Positions 58,321 through 64,000 of a stretch of DNA of 64,000 nt are shown here, piece after piece (within the stretch, counting starts at the first letter, position 1; each line of letters starts with the position of its first letter). The translations under genes were made by a program, and so were the position numbers. The DNA is from Candidatus Bathyarchaeia archaeon (GTDB taxonomy: Archaea > Thermoproteota > Bathyarchaeia > Bathyarchaeales > Bathycorpusculaceae). Under the pieces are notes generated by a model. It had not been told where the DNA came from, made no database searches, and saw nothing but the letters and a program-made list of their open reading frames with translations. The DNA lies in NCBI GenBank assembly GCA_049515895.1, contig JBEKTQ010000007.1, forward strand, positions 32,001 through 96,000, given 5' to 3'.

Positions 58321-60651
58321 TTAGCCTTTGGTGACGCCTGTGCCTATTGTGCCTGTCGCTGCGTAGTATGCTCCGTAGTTTACTTGGTAGATGGCAACTA
58401 AAGGTACTAGTCCGCCGTACTGGTTAGGTGCAGTGTTTATGCCCGCAATCTCTACAGGTGTGAAGTATGTTGGCAGTGTAGCTTTCCAACTCGGCGCGAT
58501 GCTGAATCCTGCACTTGTCAAAGCTTGGCAGTATTGTGATGCGGCGCTGTACATTATTTCGTTTATGGTGCAGTTTTCCCCTTGCGAATTCCATGACCAC
58601 GCTCCCGTTGTGTTGCTGTAGCTGCCGAATGATGTTTCATCCTTCCATTCTGTTAATCCTTTGGTTGTGCCCATATAGCTATCGTTTATGTACATTTGCT
58701 CGTATGTTCCTGAGATTCTTGCCATCCACACGAATTTGCCTTCGTCTCCGTATCCAGCGGGGGTAGCTGTGTATGTTGTTGAGCTTCCGCTGCTTGACTG
58801 CTGAACCGCCAGAACGACGAAAACGAGGATGTAGTTGACGCGGCCAGGATTATTGTAATCCTCATAGTGATTTAGCATCATCAAAGATTGATTTTCAGTA
58901 CCCATCATGATTAAACCTACGTTAGCGATTTGTGTGGCGTTGTATGTTGTGTTATCGCAAAGCGAAGTAACATTTGCAATATCACTCAGCCAGTCGCCGT
59001 AGTCCCACCATGATACAACAACGCTATTTGCTGGTGCGTTATTATTAAGCCAACTCAACGCAGAAGTCCATGCACTAACCGGCTGAGTTAGGCTTGTACC
59101 GCCTATGGGGAGGCTGGATGCACTGAGAGCTGTCGGAATAAAAGACTGATTGATTGATCTCGGGACTCCTCCGGTTTGCGGTGAGAAAGCTACCTCAGTT
59201 ACGAGAATCAGGAATATCAGGAAGATTGCCACTCCGCTGTATTCTTTACTAACACGCGCAAGTTTCCGTTTGGTTTTTGCAAGGCTGTGAGGCGATTCCT
59301 TGAGTAAAGTGTAAAATGGTTTTAGTATGCTCAAAATACCTACTGCGGCTATGATGGCGAAAGCCGGAGCGAATATTGCAAGCAAACGAATCATCGATGC
59401 GGCAAAGAAAAGCGCTGTTACCGCAAAAACTATGAAGAATACGTTTTTGGTCGTGGGGTTCCTAAGAATAAAGTACAATCCGACTAGGAAGAATAGTATT
59501 CCGACGCCCAGTTCAAGGTAAACGTTCCCCCAAGCAGTAAGTTGCTGTTCAGCTACTGAATTGATGATGGGTGAAGAAGCCCTGATGAAGGGATCCAGCA
59601 CCGTTACGAATTTTCCGGTGATTCCGCTACCATTGATAAGTCCAGTTGCAGATAAACCAGCGAACCCTCCCACAATCACAACTAACGCGGTAATCGCGAG
59701 GGTGAGCTTGCTTCTCAAAGATATGTTATTACGTAAGAGCTCTGCACTGAGAAGTATCACGAATCCACCGGCGACTGGAAGAACTGCGCCTGAAGTCAGG
59801 TAGCTCAGCCCTAGGTAGGGAACCTTTGTCGCAATCAACAATGCTAAACCGAAGGTTATGCTGTAACTGACGAGAAGCCGTTGGCTGTATCGTCTGAGCA
59901 GAAGCAAGACAAACATGAACAGAACCGTGGCGTCAATCATGTAGTAGGCTCCTCCCCAGCCTGCAATGAAATAGGCTAAGGTTGCAGCTGAACCTATGGA
60001 GTACAAGATGGAAGCACGCAGGGATCTGTTGTTGTCAATTGACCTCAGGAAAAAGAAAACAAACAGTATCAACCCAATCGTGCCTGGAACCTGAGTGTCG
60101 AAGAACCCTAACGAAGTTCTTTCAATGATTGATGGTTCCAAAGCAATGAAAAGTGCAGAAAACAAGCCAACTGCCCTTCCGCCGATGTCCTTGCCAAGCA
60201 AATACATTACGTAAACCGAAATTACACCAATTACAGGCGGAATTAACGCGCAAAGTGTCATCATATTAACGTTTGCGCCCAACGCGTGGATAACGTCGTA
60301 AGCGACTGCTCCTGTTATGGGTATCGAAGGCAGGGCAGTAGCCATGTTGAGGCCAAAGGGATACCATAATTGATGGTTTATCCAGTGCGTAGGCCAGTAG
60401 GGTGAGAGTAAACCGTGGTTTACCATGTACTGTGTTACAGTAAACTGGTAGTAGGGGTCAAACTCGTTGAGTGTTGTTGTTCCCGCTGAAAGGTTTTCCC
60501 AGCGTAGTGGCAAAATACGGATAATGAACGAAACAAACAGTATTAGTGCTAGCGCAGAATATGCAATTATTGTGCCGTGACTTACTTCAATGCGTAGTCT
60601 GCTAAAAGGTGCTAGCCTTTTACTTAGTCGGTCTTTAATTCCTTCTCCCAC
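58321..60651 (-). CDS. aglB: Oligosaccharyltransferase AglB/STT3
   Basis: EFDPYY, G.FD, SVAEQ, SWWDYG, DNTT.N. Confidence 0.95.
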   Translation of the reverse strand: MGEGIKDRLSKRLAPFSRLRIEVSHGTIIAYSALALILFVSFIIRILPLRWENLSAGTTTLNEFDPYYQFTVTQYMVNHGLLSPYWPTHWINHQLWYPFGLNMATALPSIPITGAVAYDVIHALGANVNMMTLCALIPPVIGVISVYVMYLLGKDIGGRAVGLFSALFIALEPSIIERTSLGFFDTQVPGTIGLILFVFFFLRSIDNNRSLRASILYSIGSAATLAYFIAGWGGAYYMIDATVLFMFVLLLLRRYSQRLLVSYSITFGLALLIATKVPYLGLSYLTSGAVLPVAGGFVILLSAELLRNNISLRSKLTLAITALVVIVGGFAGLSATGLINGSGITGKFVTVLDPFIRASSPIINSVAEQQLTAWGNVYLELGVGILFFLVGLYFILRNPTTKNVFFIVFAVTALFFAASMIRLLAIFAPAFAIIAAVGILSILKPFYTLLKESPHSLAKTKRKLARVSKEYSGVAIFLIFLILVTEVAFSPQTGGVPRSINQSFIPTALSASSLPIGGTSLTQPVSAWTSALSWLNNNAPANSVVVSWWDYGDWLSDIANVTSLCDNTTYNATQIANVGLIMMGTENQSLMMLNHYEDYNNPGRVNYILVFVVLAVQQSSSGSSTTYTATPAGYGDEGKFVWMARISGTYEQMYINDSYMGTTKGLTEWKDETSFGSYSNTTGAWSWNSQGENCTINEIMYSAASQYCQALTSAGFSIAPSWKATLPTYFTPVEIAGINTAPNQYGGLVPLVAIYQVNYGAYYAATGTIGTGVTKG

Positions 60652-60993
60652 TTTAAGCCATCCTTGTCTTAGCGATTAGTTGTTCGACAGTTAATTCTTT
60701 ACTTATACACATTGGAGGTTTATTTATGGCTTTCCAAAAATGTGTCAACATGGATTGTCGATCGCCGCAGGTTAAAGGATTCAGCAAATTAGACAAATGA
60801 TCAGATTATACTGGATTTTCCTTGGAAAAGAACTTGAAACTGCCACCAAGATTGTGGAAGATTGGCTGTGGTAACCAAAAGGCAACCGGCAAAATCCTTG
60901 TGTCCGCTTGGGCGAAACCCGTTTTAGACTGGTGCGGCATTTTTGGTCAGGCGGATTGTTCTTGTCCCAATTAAGAATTTGTTATCCCAGTTG

Positions 60994-61164
60994 TCAGCGC
61001 CGGTTTATGGGTTTTACTTCAACATCTATAGGTAACAACGAAAGTTTTCGGTTGCATTTTGGGCATTTTCCACCGTTTTGAGAAATAATCTCATCTGGCG
61101 GTTTTAGCTCAACACCTTCATATAAAACATGATTGCAACCATGGCAGGTAACACGTTGCGGCAT
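60994..61164 (-). CDS. 56-aa Zn-ribbon protein (not in the ORF track)
   Basis: MPQRVTCHGCNHVLYEGVELKPPDEIISQNGGKCPKCNRKLSLLPIDVEVKPINRR*. Confidence 0.8.
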   Translation of the reverse strand: MPQRVTCHGCNHVLYEGVELKPPDEIISQNGGKCPKCNRKLSLLPIDVEVKPINRR

Positions 61165-61313
61165 CCAAGTTCCCCGATTATTACACTGTCATGGATTATT
61201 TATTGGTTACTAAAAGACGACAATTGCGCTGGTCAAGGATTTGGTGCTTGTGTTGCAAACCTTTATTTCAAGAACGAATACTTTGTGACGTTAAAGCTGC
61301 GGGTTAAACTGTC

Positions 61314-63380
61314 ATGGGAAAGTATACGTTGATTATCACTGAGAAGCCTGATGCCGCCAAGAGAATAGCTGCAGCTTTGGATGAAAAAGGAAACGGAAAA
61401 AGAAACGTTGACGGCGCGGTACCGTACTATCAGGCTTACCGGAACGGGGATTTAGTTATTGTTCCAGCCCTTGGGCATCTGTACACTGTGGCAGAAAAGA
61501 AGAAACTTCAACGTGACTTTCCAGTTTTTGATTATGAATGGGTTCCGCGATACTTGGCTGAAAAAAACGCGTCCAGAATTCGGGTTTGGCTGAAAGCTAT
61601 ATCTAAACTGGCGGAAAATGCTGAAGTGTTCGTTGATGCATGCGACTACGACATTGAAGGCAGCCTCATTGGCTATTGCATACTCCGATACGCTTGCGGC
61701 GGCAAAGAGCAAACTGCCAAACGTATGAAATATTCCACGCTTACAAACGAGGAGCTGCAGGAATCGTACTGTCACCTTCTTCCGCATTTGGATTTCGCTC
61801 TCGTTCAAGCGGGGTTGGCTAGACATGAAATCGATTGGCTTTACGGCATCAACCTTTCAAGAGCATTAACGTCGGCTGTGAAAAAGACCAGCGGTCATTA
61901 CGCCATGCTAAGCACTGGACGAGTGCAAGGGCCAACGCTCAAGTTGGTTGAAGATCGAGAAAAAACGATTGGGTGTTTTGTGCCTACACCGTATTGGACC
62001 CTAACTGCAAGAATAATTGTCGGCGAAGTTGCGTTTGAAGCTGAATACGAAAAAATTCTTGAGAGCATGCAAGAAGCTGAGCAAGTGATGGCTGAATGCA
62101 AAACCGCTAGGAAGGGCGTAGTGGAATCGGTGGCGATGAAAGAGTTTGCCTTACACTCGCCTTTCCCCTTTGACTTGGGGACACTGCAAAGTGAAGCGTA
62201 CCGGCTCTTCAGGTATACGCCGATGCGCACTTCAAGCATCGCTCAGCACCTTTACTTAGATGCTTTAATCTCTTACCCCCGAACAAGTAGCCAAAAACTT
62301 CCGCCGTCGATAGGCTACAAAACGATACTTGGAAAACTGGCAAAAATGTCCGTTTACGCAAAACAGGCTTGTGAACTGATTTCTCAGCCATCTTTAAGGC
62401 CTAATGAGGGACCAAGATTCGATTCCGCGCACCCAGCTATTTACCCTACTGGAGATTCGCTCGGAAAACCCCTTGAGGTCGCTGAACGAAATATTTTTGA
62501 CCTTATAGTGCGCAGGTTTTTGGCTGCTTTGGGTGAACCACCCCTTAGGCAAAGCGTAAAGGTAACGGTTGGAGTCAGCGGAAATAAGTTTAATTTGAGC
62601 GGTGTGCGAACGATTAGGGAAGGTTGGATTCGGCTTTATGAACCCTATGCCCAAATAAAAGATGTTTTATTGCCACCATTAAAAGAAGGTCAATCAGTGA
62701 CTGTTAAGCGGCTGGTTCTTAAAAGCGATTTTACTAAGCCGCCGCCAAGGTATAACCCTCGCAGTTTGCTATTAGAAATGGAGAAAGAGAACATTGGAAC
62801 CAAGGCTACAAGGGCAGCAACCATTCAAACGATACAGGACCGCAAATACGTGTGCGGAACAGGGAGCCTTGCTGTTTCGCAGCTTGGCTTTGAAGTCGTT
62901 GAAATCCTGACGACTTATTGCCCAACCGTTGTTTCGTCCGAACTGACGAGAAGCCTTGAGCGGGAAATGGCTAATATTCAAGAAGGTAAAGAAACGAAAG
63001 AAGCGGTGTTGCGAAACGCTGTTTCCCTGCTGGAGCCGGTTATGTCAGAGCTCAAGGCGAAGGAATCCGTAATCGGTCAACGATTAAGCGAAACGTTAAA
63101 GAAAAATCGACTCGAAGAAAGGACAGTTGGGGCTTGCCCAAAATGTGCTAGCGGGAAACTGGTTATTTTGCGCTCCCAAAAAACTGGCAAACGATTTGTC
63201 GGTTGCACAAACTATTTCGTAGGCAAATGCAGCGTCACTTTTCCGCTTCCTCAAAAAGGTGCAATAAAGGCTTTAAGAAAACCCTGCAAAAGCTGTGGAT
63301 TACCGATGATAAGTGTATGGCTAAGAGGAAAGCAGTCTTGGACGCTATGCTTAAACCCTGATTGCCACGAAAAGAGATGA
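61314..63380 (+). CDS. topA: DNA topoisomerase IA
   Basis: EKP..A, GHL, D.D.EG, GRVQ.PTL, ISYPRT, AH.AI.PT, IGT.ATR, C-terminal Zn ribbons. Confidence 0.96.
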   Translation: MGKYTLIITEKPDAAKRIAAALDEKGNGKRNVDGAVPYYQAYRNGDLVIVPALGHLYTVAEKKKLQRDFPVFDYEWVPRYLAEKNASRIRVWLKAISKLAENAEVFVDACDYDIEGSLIGYCILRYACGGKEQTAKRMKYSTLTNEELQESYCHLLPHLDFALVQAGLARHEIDWLYGINLSRALTSAVKKTSGHYAMLSTGRVQGPTLKLVEDREKTIGCFVPTPYWTLTARIIVGEVAFEAEYEKILESMQEAEQVMAECKTARKGVVESVAMKEFALHSPFPFDLGTLQSEAYRLFRYTPMRTSSIAQHLYLDALISYPRTSSQKLPPSIGYKTILGKLAKMSVYAKQACELISQPSLRPNEGPRFDSAHPAIYPTGDSLGKPLEVAERNIFDLIVRRFLAALGEPPLRQSVKVTVGVSGNKFNLSGVRTIREGWIRLYEPYAQIKDVLLPPLKEGQSVTVKRLVLKSDFTKPPPRYNPRSLLLEMEKENIGTKATRAATIQTIQDRKYVCGTGSLAVSQLGFEVVEILTTYCPTVVSSELTRSLEREMANIQEGKETKEAVLRNAVSLLEPVMSELKAKESVIGQRLSETLKKNRLEERTVGACPKCASGKLVILRSQKTGKRFVGCTNYFVGKCSVTFPLPQKGAIKALRKPCKSCGLPMISVWLRGKQSWTLCLNPDCHEKR

Positions 63381-63386
63381 CAAAGC

Positions 63387-63611
63387 ATGAAATGTAAGAT
63401 TTGCGGTAGAGATGCGGAAGAGGGCGGTTTTTGCGTTTTGCATTTTAGTGCTTATCAAAATATTTTGGAGAAATTTGAGGTATGGCGAAAAGCTTCCGGA
63501 TTAGGGTGGATGGATTATCTGGTTGAGATTCAGAAAAATTCATTAACTGGAGTATGGGCTAAAGAGGTGGTAGAGCAACTAATTAAGGATGAGAATGGAA
63601 ATGTCAAGTAA
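63387..63611 (+). CDS. Small Zn-binding protein downstream of topA
   Basis: CKICGR..FC.LH; N..TG.W..EV. Confidence 0.75.
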   Translation: MKCKICGRDAEEGGFCVLHFSAYQNILEKFEVWRKASGLGWMDYLVEIQKNSLTGVWAKEVVEQLIKDENGNVK

Positions 63612-64000
63612 ACTAAAGAAGCGGTCTTCCGACGTGTCCTTTTCGTTGAGTCGCTGGTTCCAAAGAATCTCAACAACAACCCCCACAGCACTCATACTAA
63701 CTATTGTAGGGGTTGGTTACGCAATTTTCCTTTTCGGCGGCGGCCTGTACACTCTCATCACACACCCCGCCCCAGCTTATTTAGGCAACACAGTAATCTA
63801 TTTCCTGTACCCGAGCATCAGCGGGCAATTCATTTCCGATACTATTATAGCCTGCATACTGTACGCTTTTGGCTTCGCCGGCTTATTCGCAATTTACCAG
63901 AGCACTAGAAGCGCCTACAAGCCAAGACAAGCCTACATGTTACTTATTATAGGCGTAACATTTTTGCTTCTGTCATACATATTCTTGGAAGGCGCAATCT
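63601..64000 (+). CDS. OST3/OST6/OSTC-like membrane protein, running off the window end
   Basis: MSSKLKK..FLFGGGLYTLITHP..FLYPSISGQFISDTIIACILYAFGFAGL..; three TMs; no stop before 64000. Confidence 0.65.
   Translation, partial: MSSKLKKRSSDVSFSLSRWFQRISTTTPTALILTIVGVGYAIFLFGGGLYTLITHPAPAYLGNTVIYFLYPSISGQFISDTIIACILYAFGFAGLFAIYQSTRSAYKPRQAYMLLIIGVTFLLLSYIFLEGAI

Overview
Archaeal chromosomal DNA, most likely TACK/Bathyarchaeia (PolB1, thermosome, prefoldin beta, AglB, Sua5, topoisomerase IA, many TTG/GTG starts); the taxonomy is inferred from gene content. (1) 0.5-21 kb interleaves membrane-lipid and glycosylation genes (tetraether synthase Tes, a divergent DGGGP-synthase-like UbiA, a Gms-like radical SAM/SPASM enzyme, five glycosyltransferases, an NDP-sugar epimerase) with cobamide nucleotide-loop genes (cobD, cobT, two cobS-cobY pairs, DUF71). 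(2) 21-29 kb is housekeeping (endonuclease IV, ECF transporter, DHH, prefoldin, sua5). (3) 29.5-39.4 kb is an AT-richer accessory region of secreted proteins, small Zn-finger proteins and gene fragments. (4) 39.6-64 kb is core: thermosome, thyA-like, moeA x2, speB, RsmB, polB, aglH, aglB, topA and an OST3/OSTC-like gene. Main observations: a roughly 70-nt RNA-like motif (box-C/kink-turn-like hairpin plus a tRNA T-arm) occurs twice, 31 kb apart; tes has no start codon and follows the ubiA amber codon in frame; several genes appear to need CTG/ACG/ATA starts; there is a catalase pseudogene and a frameshifted giant Pro-Thr surface protein. No CRISPR array, rRNA, canonical tRNA or transposase was seen. 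Family calls come from motif recognition, not database searches.
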